From positions 22,934,950 through 22,998,949 of the forward strand of contig NC_134029.1 in the NCBI RefSeq assembly GCF_964204645.1: a stretch of 64,000 bases of DNA. Direction: 5' to 3'. Shown here one piece after another: positions 40,328 through 64,000 of the stretch. Both the position numbers and the translations under genes were made by a program. The notes beneath the pieces were generated by a model. The model was not told the origin of the DNA. It saw only the letters and a program-made list of their open reading frames with translations, and ran no database searches. The DNA comes from Tubulanus polymorphus. Taxonomy: Eukaryota; Animalia; Nemertea. Numbering within the stretch: the stretch's first letter is position 1; each line of letters starts with the position of its first letter.

Positions 40328-40792
40328 TAGATAAAAATTCACGCGGCCCCCTGCGCCCCTCCTCAGCAGCAGCAGCAGATAGATAAAAATTCGTAGATTC
40401 GGCGGAGTATTTTGATAAATAATATATACTCTGTATACTGTTCTTAGTGTACCATTTTATGCGCATCTCGATGGTAAAATCGTAAACTGGTTGATGGTGG
40501 TTATGCATTTGATTAATTGGTAGAAGTAGGAGTAGTTTCATATCGCATACTACTATGTATATGTATTGCCGTTTCGTAAATAATATCGTGTGGTTTTCAC
40601 TTTATTAAAGCGGCCCCCTGCGCGCGGCCTCCTGCGCACGGCCCCGTGCGCACTCTGCAGTTTGATATGACTCGTCATTTTTAGAAATTAGGTGGATCCC
40701 ATTTACGGTGCGGACAACCAGCCGGACCTTCGATTTGAATCCAGTCCAGAGTCCGCATTTTATGATTATCCCGTCTGGGCTGTAGTTTATTT

Positions 40793-40806
40793 ATCACCAA
40801 GACAAC
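40793..40806 (+). promoter_or_regulatory. Candidate RFX X-box upstream of CFAP53
   Basis: ATCACCAAGACAAC is a near match to the ciliary-gene X-box and lies about 260 bp upstream of the ATG of a motile-cilia gene. Confidence 0.45.
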
Positions 40807-41063
40807 CAGGTATATGTTCTATATGGACGTACTACTGACACTTTTCGTGATAAGGCTTGTAATTTGTGAGTTAACGTAGCTTTAATCGCATCCTTAAGGA
40901 AACAGGGTACGTGCTTTATCACTGGAATATCTGAAATCTTACGAATTTTGGTACTAACTTGAGCAGTAGAGAGGAGAGAGAGAAGGAAAAGTTGGAGTTG
41001 GTTGAAAAATTTGAGAGGGTAGTCTGTTAGAATAACGCCCAGTTCTACTCACAAAACGGTAAC

Positions 41064-44000
41064 ATGATGATGGTAGCGGCTGGACAGCGACCTAAAAGAT
41101 GTCGCGAAGTTACAGGACCCAGTCCAAATTCAGTTGCTATAGTAAGTATGAATATAGAATGAACTTGAATAGAATATTCGCGAAATCAAACTTTTTATGC
41201 CGCGGATGATTTAAATAATGAAAATTACGTCGATTCTTATTTCCAGAAAGCAAAACCCACAAACAAATATCCGCCTGAGAAATTGATCCTCGATCGAAGA
41301 CATCAAGAAGAAATGCGCGAAAAAGTGATGAAACAAAGTCAATATCAACAGATGTGCGATTTACGGAATGATTGGGAACGGACGACAGACAGACGAATTC
41401 AATCAAATACCGTCAGGCGTAGAATTAATGATTTATTAAAAGCTGAAGAATGGAGCATCGAGGACCGCAGGGAAAGGTAAAATTATTGCTTACACCCTAA
41501 TGTGAACCCTAGTCGTACCCAAACTAGCCTTATTTGTACCCTTCCCTTAGATCCCAGACCCAATCCTGTACCCTTAACCAACCCCGAATCCAAAACCTAC
41601 CCTTCCTATAGGCCCTACTACAGGACGGCCACTGACTGGGAAAATTAAGGGAATCGGATTCATAAATTAGGGAAATTGTTACATTTTAAACTTAGAGATT
41701 TCTCAGATTCACTCAGGAAATTTTCTGTTATAAGAAAAAAAAATCAGGGAAAATTAGATCCTACCTGTTACCGAATCCAATCCCTATATCTATCACTACG
41801 TATGCAACTAGGTTTGTTAAGCTGTGAGCCCTATTTAAGAAATGAAATGCATTTTTTGAAAATCTTTGAGTCTCTCAAATTTACCTTTCTGAAATGATTG
41901 TAGATTGCGTGAAATGTTGGCGGCCGAGGAGCAGCAATACGTAGAAGAAATGGAAGCTAAAGAAGAGACGGTTCTGGAACGACAAGCTCGAATGAGAGAC
42001 CGCGCGAAACAGCTGAAAGACAAACGCGAAACGGAAAGATTGAAATACGTCGAAGACAAATGCGACCAGCTATTCAGGTAAATAAATCATAGACATCGAT
42101 CGATGCTACAGGGCTAGAGAATAACTTTCAACTAACTACTTCACCACCATGAACCGTGGATCGATGAGACCTCGGTCTGCTGGGAGTTTGTTAAAGTTAA
42201 CAATCATAATCCATACAGTGGTTGCAATGTAGTTTTGATTGTCTCTCCATCAACTCTCCACTGGTACACTCAAAACACAACTGGCTTCAGCGCGTGAAAG
42301 ATCGGTGCATTTTCACCTCTTTAAATTCTTGAAAATAGTTTGGATTGAGATTCTCTGATAAAAAGTAAAAATTCTTTGTTTCGCTTTTAGAAATCAGTGC
42401 GAAGAACTACGTTCCACATTATCGCGACGTCATCAAGATGAAGTTTGCGCCGAGCGAATGGAACAGTTGAAAATCAGAGATGCCATACAGGACGATCTGA
42501 GAAAAGAGGAGGATATGTTCGCTCGTTTGTGGTACGAGGACATGCAAGCCAAGGCTCAACGAGAAGAGAAAGAGGCTGAAAAACAAATGGCTCGAAATCA
42601 AGAATGTTTACAGGTTCTGCAGGTTCAGCGAGCGGCGTTAGCCGCGAAGAAAGAGGAGGAAAAGAAACTCAAAGAAGAAGAGGCTGAATTATTGGTGCGC
42701 GTGTAAAGATTACCGACGAATATCTGACGTTTCATGTTTCGGCGAATTTTCAATTATTTGTTCGTTATTTCAGAAAGAACAAGCGGAACTTCGTAAACTG
42801 GAGGAAGAGAAGAAACAAGAAGAGAAACGACGACGTCGGGTCGAGGCGAAACAATTACTCGATATTAACAGACGTTTGAAAATGAAGAAACAAGCGAAAG
42901 AAGTTCAAGAGCAGCTCGCGTACGACATGCAGCTAATGGAGAAATTACTGGAAGAATCACAGAATGAAGCTCTAGAAATCGCTCAGAGAAAGGTACGTCA
43001 GTGAACAGCGTTTATTTATTGGTCGTTACTGAGGTCATCTCCATTCAAAAATCATTTTAGTGATGTTTAAATGATGACCACAGTCCGGTTACTGACTAAA
43101 CTGCAGTCCAGTTGCTGACTAAACTGCAGTCCAGTTATTGACTAACCGCAGTCCAGTTACTGACTAATCTGCAGTCCAGTTACTGATTAAACAGCAGTCC
43201 AGTTGCTGACTAAACTGCAGTCCAGTTATTGACTAACCGCAGTTTAGTTACTGACTAATCTGCAGTCCAGTTACTGACTAATCTGCAGTCCAGTAACTGA
43301 CTAATCTGCAGTCCAGTTACTGATTAAACAGCAGTCCAGTTGCTGACTAAACTGCAGTCCAGTTATTGACTAACCGCAGTCCAGTTACTGACTAATCTGC
43401 AGTCCAGTTACTGATTAAAAATTTGTCCAGCTACTTACTAAACCATAGTCCAGTTTCTAACTAAACCTCAGTCCAGTTACTGACTAAACCATAGTCAAGT
43501 TTCTGACTAAACTCCAGTCCAGTTTCTAACTAAACCTCAGTCCAGTTACTGACTAAACCATAGTCAAGTTTCTGACTAAACTCCAGTCCAGTTTCTAACT
43601 AGACTTCAGTCCAGTTTCTAACTAAACCTTAGTCCAGTTACTGACTAAACCATAGTCAAGTTTTTGACCAAACTCCAGTCCAGTTTCTAACTAAACCTCG
43701 GTCCAGTTACTGACTAAACCCCAGTCCAGTTACTGACTAGACCTCAGTCCAGTTTTTGACCACCTAAAGTAAAAGGTAAAGTAAAAAATGATGACCCTTC
43801 ACATGATTTTTTTCATTGATTGATTTATAGAAAGAGCTTCGTGAAGAAGATCGTCGTTACCGAGAATACTTGAAGAACATGTTGGAAGAGGAGAAAATAC
43901 GCGAGAAAGAACTCGACCGATTACTGGATGAAGAGGTTGAGAAAATGTGGCAGAAACGCATTCGACAGTGGGATCTAGAAGCTGAAGCTCGAGAGAAACT

Positions 44001-44929
44001 TCTCAGCGACGTCATGCAGACGAGAAAACAACAAATTGAAGAAAAACGTAAGTAGTTTAGAATTTTGTTTACTATCCATCATTCCTGATTGTCGAGTCTC
44101 TGCAAATGATATCTTGTTTTTCTCTTCATTGGAAAACTGATCTTGTTTAAAATCACTTCATTTGAGTTCGAATGCCTCCATAACGATGACACCCTCTTTA
44201 CCAGTTTACAAACCACTTCGAACAGTTCGTTCCGAATCATAGAACCTTCTCTCGGTTAGAAAATATAATCTGAAATCATTTGGCAGATGCGCATTTACCT
44301 TCCCAACCCCTCCGTCCACTCCTATCTCGAGACATTATTGTTCTAGTCATCACATAATCATCCTATCCTAAATTCTGCCATCTTACATGTTTAACGATTA
44401 CATTACCGGTATTCGCTTTGAATAATGATAATATTGATAGTAATAATAATGATGATAATAATGATTATAATTTATATTCTTGTATAGCGCTATCCTACAA
44501 GTTATAATCAGTGCACTTTACATCGGTATGAAATTAACACGAGCTGATGAAATAGTAAATACTTGGAGAATGAATATTCGATTTATAAATTCAGGTCGTC
44601 GAAACGCTGATAAACAAATAGTAGCAGCAAGAGAAAGAGAGGAGATCATGCAGGCGATCGAAGACAACAAACGCATCGAACGCGAACAGACGATTCGAGC
44701 TCGCGATAAACACCACGCCCATCAGAACGATTTACTCGACCAAATCAAATACAACACGCTGCGTAACGAACAGATCAACCTCGAACACGAGCGCGAGTAT
44801 TTACTCGGCGAGCAGGCCGAACGCGAATACCAACAGAAACTACGAGCGGCCCTCGATAATCCGTATCTCGACGAGAAAGCTCATCCGATGAGGAAACATC
44901 GTATGATGACCGATATTACCGCGTCATAG
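41064..44929 (+). CDS. CFAP53: Cilia- and flagella-associated protein 53 (CCDC11), coiled-coil microtubule inner protein, multi-exon
   Basis: Start MMMVAAGQRPKRCREVTGPSPNSVAI|gtaagt, then IEDRRERLREMLAAEEQQYVEEMEAKEETVLERQARMRDRAKQLK, FRNQCEELRSTL, EEDMFARLWYEDMQAKAQRE and a C-terminal HPMRK. These match CFAP53 family motifs as I recall them. Confidence 0.9.
43079..43762. repeat. 22-23-bp intronic minisatellite, about 30 copies
   Basis: Unit cagtccagttactgactaa(tctg/actg/ccg), with variant blocks recurring in order. Confidence 0.93.
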
Positions 44930-46787
44930 ATTAGAAAAACCGTCCCGATTTAGAAATCTGCTTTAGACAATGTTAATAATAACCCTTTCAAACCTCAGTT
45001 GTAGAAAACTGTGCGACGATTGATTGGAATTTTAATGAGATTTTTTATCTAGTTCCATCCGAAATCCGTCTGTGATACAAAATCCTTTTGAATATCTAGT
45101 AAATCTTCTGTTTTATGAGGAGACATGTTTAATGCTATTTTCAATGAATATATTTTTGTTCCCTTAATTAATGAAATACGTGCGAGTTAAGAATACAGAT
45201 GAAGAAATGATTCGAAATGTTGCTGAAGTATTTGTTATTTCCATTTGTGTTATTATCGTGTCCCAAAATGTAAAAAAAAAAAGATATGTATATATTTAGT
45301 TGTTAATGATGCTGAATTATCTGTGTATGTTTGTCTTTAATCAAAAATTATATCTAGATATTATATATTAGTGAATGTCTTTATCAAATTGTTTGTTCAT
45401 TTCCTGTCGACTTCAAGGATTCATTCTTCTGCGAGGAGCTGCCTGTTGTGGAAGTGAGTGTTCCAGAATCTTTTTCGGCTTCGTGGAGAGATCTAAGAAT
45501 CAGCTCTGGTAAATAGAGGAAGCCAAGGTACGACTGGTCACCACATAGCTATTCAATGATAGTGTTCAAATGGGCTGCCCTGATAGCTGTTCCTCGGGAA
45601 GTCATCCAACAGAATACTCGTGTCATAGGACAACATCAGTTAAAAACAGATAAAAATCAGATAATTTTAGATAACGCAAAATATGATTTATTCGTAGAAT
45701 ATTCGTATCATATATAAATAGTTAAAATATAATCATACACGCATTTATTAATAAACTAATAGCTTTCAATAAGATTTACTGGTACACTGACCATATGCAA
45801 CAAAAAATAGCACATACATGGTAGATATCACTGTGATATACACAAATATTATCAGATACTGAACATAATAACTAGAAACATGCTCTACTGACATCGTTAC
45901 GCTCAGTGATCCATTATTAATGACAATATGATCACACGGCATCCCATTGAGCATATTCTATATGTAAGAATCCATTTACTAATTACAAAATTATAGCATC
46001 ACCTAACTACAGATACCTTCTAGCTAATTATCAACAGTTATTTGGCCCTGTCGAGTAATTATCAAATTTATGATAGCAGGTCATTTTTGCATGTGGATAA
46101 GATGACTTACAGTACATTCAGTTAGTGGTTGTAAGTCACATTCTCTGTGTGCAAATATTTCATTCAGCTCTCAGTACAGTCATAACAAATGGACAAACCA
46201 GTGAACAAACCTTTCAAAACCTTATTGTTAACACAATCTTACAGAATTAAGTACAAAGTGCACGCTTGTTAAATGGAAATTCCAACTTTAAGTTCAGATA
46301 ATAGATTCCACACCACTTTACCTTATCAGACTAGTATTGAAGAATGTACTTTATCACTAAATATCTGAGAAAATCCTTTCATATGAAAAGCATGCGTGAA
46401 TGTGTGCACGAACGCTAGAAAAGTTACAGGTTCTTTAATACGTGAAAATAAATGCAAAATGTATATCACAGATATTAAATGAACCGTCATCAGTTGCATT
46501 CAATACACTTTTATATGAAAGCTCTCAGAAATAAAGAATTCTTACTGTTTGAAAAGTTTAAAACTACGATATCTTAATCTTTAAAAATATTGTTCATAGT
46601 CTTTTCGTTAAGAACTTATATCTCTATCAGAGCCACTCTGGAGCCAATTCAAACTCACATCTGTGGAACTGAATCCTATACAGGTGGTTATGATTTTAGC
46701 TCAATAAAGTAGTTAAAGTGTTATAAGCAGATTTTCACAAAACATGAATTAGAATTAGAATTCACTCAAGTTTTAACAGATTTTTGT

Positions 46788-47894
46788 TTATGGTTTTCCA
46801 TGAAGAGGTGGAGAATGAACAACTGGTGGATCTAGGAATAATAAACCAGTTACCGTTCCGTATCCGAGAAGTAAAAACAACAATTTCAATAAACGATCGT
46901 CGCTCGAGTTGAATTCATGCGGCAAAACTTCGAAAAACGTCACGTACAAAAACGTTCCGCACGCGATTCCCTGCAGGATTCCGTTAGCTAGATTCGAATA
47001 AATCGAATCGGACATATCGTTGACGAGTATACCGATTCCGATACCGAGCGGAGACATGATCGAAAACAATAAATTCGATTTGACGATCGCTTTCACCGTC
47101 AGACGACTCTGAACTAGATTCAGCCCTAAACTGAACGCGAGGATGCATTTGTGTAGAAACAGCGCGAGAAATATCTGCAGTACGGCGTTTGTATTCGGTT
47201 GTAAACCAACAGCTAAACCTTCGAATACCGAGTGAAGAGACAACGCGAGGAGTAGAATGATCGCGCGAACCGGTGAATGCGAACTACGATCTACGTGTAT
47301 CGAATGATCGGGTTCTTTCGTCGATGAATCGTTCACGTAAGACGTATTCAGTAACGATTCGCTGCTGTGATTGCGACTGATCGGTTGATCGAAAATTCCT
47401 TCGATGCTTTCTTCGAAATGATGATGGTGATGATCGTGTTGTAGTAAACTAGCGGTCGGCGCGTCCGGTTGATGATGCGGACCGCCGTGCGAGTGTCCGT
47501 GTCCGAGCAGCGGCGAGCGTTCCGCATCCTCGTCGTCTTCGTGAGCTTCTTTCACCGACAGCACGATTTGCTCCGTGATCAAAATCAAAAATAGTCCGAA
47601 CACCATGACGAATTCGGAGATGGGGAAGTTGGTCACGACGCCCATATTATCGAACGTCTCGACCAGTTTCCCGCGAACGTCGGGAAATAAATCTAACAAA
47701 CACGTACCTAGGAAGACACCGGCCGCGTAGCAACTTAAAAAACTGATTATTCGACTCCATTTATGTCGCCCCTCGACGCCTGTTACGTGTCTAGCGACAG
47801 ATACGAATTTCAGTGGCAGCATACTGAACGTGAATGTCATCACTAGCAATCCGGCCAAAACCAAGCCTTTCACCGCTTCAATCGGTAATGACAT
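46788..47894 (-). CDS. Zinc transporter of ZIP subfamily II (ZIP1/ZIP2/ZIP3-like, SLC39A), 368 aa, single coding exon
   Basis: First ATG at 47892-47894 (the ORF track starts at an upstream TTG). Motifs: SCYAAGVFLGTCLLDLFP, a His-rich TM3-4 loop, the TM4 signature LSLHSVFEGLAVG, TM5 HKCILAF, and GIACGTFLYVTFFEVLPHE. Confidence 0.95.
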   Translation of the reverse strand: MSLPIEAVKGLVLAGLLVMTFTFSMLPLKFVSVARHVTGVEGRHKWSRIISFLSCYAAGVFLGTCLLDLFPDVRGKLVETFDNMGVVTNFPISEFVMVFGLFLILITEQIVLSVKEAHEDDEDAERSPLLGHGHSHGGPHHQPDAPTASLLQHDHHHHHFEESIEGIFDQPISRNHSSESLLNTSYVNDSSTKEPDHSIHVDRSSHSPVRAIILLLALSLHSVFEGLAVGLQPNTNAVLQIFLALFLHKCILAFSLGLNLVQSRLTVKAIVKSNLLFSIMSPLGIGIGILVNDMSDSIYSNLANGILQGIACGTFLYVTFFEVLPHEFNSSDDRLLKLLFLLLGYGTVTGLLFLDPPVVHSPPLHGKP

Positions 47895-47918
47895 CTCGAT
47901 TTTATTGAATTTATCCAA

Positions 47919-48151
47919 CTGTTAGTTAAAAAAAGGTGCAAGAAATCACAATTTAACCACTGAAGTTGTGCGCAAAATCACGAAATATCTAATTGTTTTA
48001 TCGTTTCGGATCTGTCACCTGGGGGCCGCCATTTTGAAACGATAACAACTGTCAACAGTCATGTGACAAATGATTCACGCGGGCTACTGGACCGGACATA
48101 AACAAAGTTGGTGGGAGCGCCGTATATTCACCCAACGGGATTTCTGCGCAC
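47919..48151 (-). promoter_or_regulatory. ZIP promoter/leader: M-box/CLEAR-like GTCATGTGAC (48058-48067), YY1 GCCGCCATTTTG (48025-48036), MRE cores TGCGCAC (47968-47974, 48145-48151), probable 5' UTR intron 47919-48018
   Basis: Motifs read directly. A CAG|gtgaca donor and a ttttaactaacag acceptor bracket a 100-nt intron. Confidence 0.5.
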
Positions 48152-51100
48152 TAATGTTACACCGATATATCAATATAACGTTCACTTAATGAACATAAAT
48201 AAAATGAGTTTTTCTTGAAGAATTATTGTGTCAATTGATAATCGGTCCAAATAACGGATAAACAGGATGCCCCGCCCATACGTACAGGTCAGCAGGGTCA
48301 ACCTGGTCTACCTACCACAAACAGGGCATCCCGGGTTCGAAACCCATTCTATTGAGTGTCATTCTTAGAGAAGACCATAATGTTTGATATTCAGAAAAGA
48401 TGATCCTAAAGCAAAAATCACACAAGTACTCCTCAATCCCACAAAAAAAAAACAAAACATTCATTTTGTGAGGACTGTTTTTTATTGGACAACTGAAAGA
48501 GACAGGCTTTTAGTGATACCAAAATGCCACTGTATACAACATCACATGATTTATTAGTCGTCAATCATAACAATGATTATTTAATTTATACCTGGACAGT
48601 AAAACAGATCATTCTCTAATCATTTATAACAATATCGTAGAAGCACCAGTGATCAGAAAACTACTGTTTACAGTTTACAGGTAGATTTAGGTAGTTTCAC
48701 ATCGGTGTGTATGTATTTCCCTGAATAGTGATTATAGTATTATTTCGATAAGAATAGTATCAACTTTCCCACAAACGAATAACTTTTCAAATCATACCAG
48801 AACTCGGAACGATATCGACGACTTTTGATGACGTTTCTTAAAATTGGCTGTTGGGCTGTAATTTCATACCAAATTGTCGACAGGAATCACTATGCAGGGA
48901 AATACGATTACCAATAATTAAATCATGATATACATGTATAATACAAGTGCTGTGACTCTATTTATTTCTCTCAGAAAGTGTTTAAAATATAATCGCCATA
49001 ATAAAGGCACATTTAAGCATAACCATATATTAACTTACTATCAATTCATAAGTCTATATTACACTACGACAAAGCATCATGAAATTGTATTCTTCGCCAT
49101 CAGTAGTTCACTCATTAACTGAACAAAAGGTAATTCGACTTTAAAACAACTGCATTTTATATATCATTATAGAAGTCAGGTCGAAATAAACGTTAAGTTA
49201 ACATTATATACTGCAGCACGATATAAATTCAATCGTAAGAATAGATGATGCGTGTGTAACTGGTCCCTGAAACCGAATTGTCGAATAACGAACATTTTCT
49301 GAACTTCTACTAGAGGGTATTCGCCCCACCCAACCTTTTGGGGTAATCTACACTGCAAGTATAGCTAATTATCATTTGAATATAATAACACACTGATGGT
49401 AAAATCAACCCTTAAATCATTTTCTTGTGAGCGGGATTTGTAGAACATAAAAAAAATCTATTCTAGCTTACTGAGCCTTGAATTTACATCGCTCTCAAAA
49501 ACTGAATTTTGGATTTGAAAATTCAGTAAAAAATACCGGTACTATAGTTACGTGTACTTGATTTATTGATTGAAAGTCTTCCATCAGTTCATACACTTCG
49601 TCAAGTAAAATATAATATTCATTTATTAGTAACAAAACCTCATTTAAATCACTCTTTAATTAAAAAGATGTATATCAGCGGTTAGGAAAGCGCATTGAAA
49701 TAAAAATAAGAAAACCAAACAGATAATCGCCAGGTAAAATGATCACCCGCAATTGACATTTGACTAGATATTTACAACAGAAATTACCACGATTACTCGC
49801 CGTCACTTATAGAATTCTTCAAGGGCAGCGGAACCCCATTTTCAAAATAATCTTTTCCATAAGTTGCCAAAATTGGGAGCAAAGATGCCAGGTGTATGCA
49901 CAGATTATTGGAAAATGCATCAAATTTTGGACGAAACCGATGTCTCAAACCCGTGATCAACCCTGCTTTTCAACATGATTAAATCAGCACTGATCCCAAA
50001 ATTAAAGTAGTCACTTGCCATATTATATCAATAAGCATTGTAATATATATATATATAAGTTGTGTCGTTTTTGTAGTGTTACAAACGCATTATAAACATA
50101 GCTATTAGTAAAGATGCTTTTAAAATGATGTCTCAATCATCGAAACAAAACTGACATTACTTTGGCAAGTTCTACCTACATTAAATTCATGATTTTACAC
50201 GATTTAACGAACAATAATGAATACGTTCATTCATTGTAACTATAAACACAAGCGTTACGACTGACTACAAAACTATGAAATAATAATAATGATAATAATA
50301 ATAAATGTTGTGATTAGTTGTGAATAATCTAAGAATGAAGTTATAGAAAGTAATTTGAAACTGATATTCGGTGCAAAAACATTGTAATTATTGATGCTAT
50401 GATCTACGTGTATTCAATTAACCGTGTACAAATCAAATACATTGCGCTACAATTTTCAATATGTACTCATTATTTTTTTTCTAACTATAAGGTACGTTAG
50501 AATATACTTTTCATATACATTATATCCTCAAGATGATACCGAGAATTCATTGATTTGACTTCAATGTAACGCGGCAAATTCATAGTCTTTCAACAAATTG
50601 ACATACTGTTGGGAAAGGCCTTTAGAGTCATTTTAAGTGCTTTCATAATCGCAAGGTATTCTCCAACAATCACGGACAGTGACAGTGATTGTCTATAAAC
50701 CGAGTGTCGAGTACAATATTCAGAAATTCAGCAACTGGTTTTCAATGAAACGAACGTGTAAATCTATCCACTACATTCCTACGGATAATGAACTTAGCCA
50801 TAATCAGCCAAGGGCCTACTACTCGAAACGCTTTACCTATACCTGATTTTATACACTAATTCTATCTAATAATTATCCACACTACAATAATAACTACGTG
50901 CATGCGATTCAAGTTAAAAATACAAAAAAATTCTTCTATTTTTCAACTCGTTTTTCAACCTATTTGCAGCGAGAGTTTCTATTTTATACACGTAAAATAA
51001 TCACAACATGTTTTTTTACGAATCACAGTTATCACAACACAGCAAGCACAAAAGTCAATCTCCTTGTAGTTGCACTTTCTGTAATCACGAATGACGAACA

Positions 51101-52148
51101 CCAACCAATCAAACCAATCAATGAATCGATTTACTAAAATCGATTCACGCTTTAAACGTTTCATATAATAGATCCATATGTATATTTTTCAGTACGATTT
51201 CAAACGAGTTTGGCATCGCGTTTTGTCACCGGAGATCGAGCGACCGATTTCGTCGCCGTCTCCCTTTCGAGCGATGTCGCGCTTCGACGCGTTACAATGC
51301 CATTTGTTTAAACGATGATGATTAACTAACTACGAACTAACCAGCGCAAACTGCGAAGTCCTTTGATGAACTACTAGCGCAATACGATGGTGACTAGATG
51401 AATCAATGCCATTTTGTCGAGACATTTCAGAGACAGAACCTGCGAGCGCAGACGCTATGCGAGGACTGGATACTCGAGCCGCGAAGAAGCACTTATCATA
51501 ATCAATGTCAAACTGATGGACTTGTTGCTTGCTTCCATGTGATTTTTTTTCTGTTTTTCGGTAAAAATTGCTGCAGGTTTTGAGCGATTTTTCTTGCACG
51601 TAGTTAATAATCCTTTAAGGCAAAGCGCGAGGCTAAAAGCGGATTTTAACGTCGAACTCGACCATTTTGATTGTGAACGTCTCCGGTGAAGCGATGCCGA
51701 TCGGAGTAGCGTTTACTTTTTCTTTTATCCGCAAACAATCTTTCGTTAATATCGTTTTTCTATTTTACACTGCGTTTAAAAAAGTATGAACGTCATATTG
51801 TCACAGTTGTTATTGCGCAATCACTCGCAATGGAAAAAATTCCACACTATTCAATGTTTTACGTGTGACTCGTGAAACTTTAATGTATATTGTTACTGTT
51901 TATACAGCGATATAGTTAGTATACTGGTTTGTTTGGAATGATCCCCTCCTGTTTTCAGTCGTACGTACAACTGTACTGGTCAATGTCATGGAGAATGAAC
52001 TAACTTTCATTTCGCGATGCCGCCCGCCCGTCCGTCCGTCGGGCATTCTCTATATACATAAATTGTTTGTATATTTTTGTCGCGTGAATTCACGTGCATA
52101 TGCGTGTGGAGCTTTTGAAACAGAGTTTTACGACAACCAGGACGAGAA

Positions 52149-64000
<11,852 letters not shown>

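Larger units (their letters stand above)
37749..40673. mobile_element. 2.9-kb non-autonomous TIR DNA transposon with 8-bp TSD and internal satellite
   Basis: TSD gtcatttt at 37741-37748 and 40674-40681. The left end gagtggggtctgtctgcagagtgcgcagggggccg matches the reverse complement of the right end, gagtcatatcaaactgcagagtgcgcacggggccg. No transposase ORF. Confidence 0.85.

Noticed and set aside
48400-52148. Short ORFs between the ZIP gene and MEK as a separate gene
   Set aside because: AT-rich sequence with several minus-strand AATAAA signals and no exon chain; better explained as a long MEK 3' UTR or intergenic DNA.

Overview
Eukaryotic genomic DNA: AT-rich, short GT-AG introns, consistent with a compact invertebrate metazoan genome (taxon not determinable from the sequence). 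I reconstructed seven protein-coding genes by reading splice junctions by hand: a 150-aa acidic gene with no domain I recognise (-, 8851-9665); a nucleoplasmin-domain FKBP (-, 11912-15037) head-to-head with ATR (+, 15498-30884, about 64 exons); an MTMR10/11/12-type pseudophosphatase (-, 32258-37700) head-to-head with CFAP53 (+, 41064-44929); a ZIP1/2/3-type zinc transporter (-, 46788-47894); and the 3' two-thirds of MEK1/2 (-, 52149 to past the window edge). The 5' part of a further minus-strand gene probably occupies 1-7830. The main points of interest are: (1) a cluster of alternative exons in the MEK proline-rich regulatory insert, with two mutually exclusive duplicated exons, a nested 9-nt donor and a candidate 33-nt cassette exon; (2) a 2.9-kb non-autonomous TIR transposon with an 8-bp TSD and an internal 59-bp satellite rich in MRE cores, inserted about 50 bp upstream of the MTMR10 ATG in a divergent promoter; (3) a candidate 9-nt microexon in MTMR10; (4) a foldback MITE whose TIRs carry Pol III B-boxes; (5) a ZIP promoter/leader with MRE, M-box, YY1 and uORF motifs. 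No rRNA, intact tRNA or CRISPR array was seen. All homology calls come from recognised motifs and recalled sequences, not from database searches.
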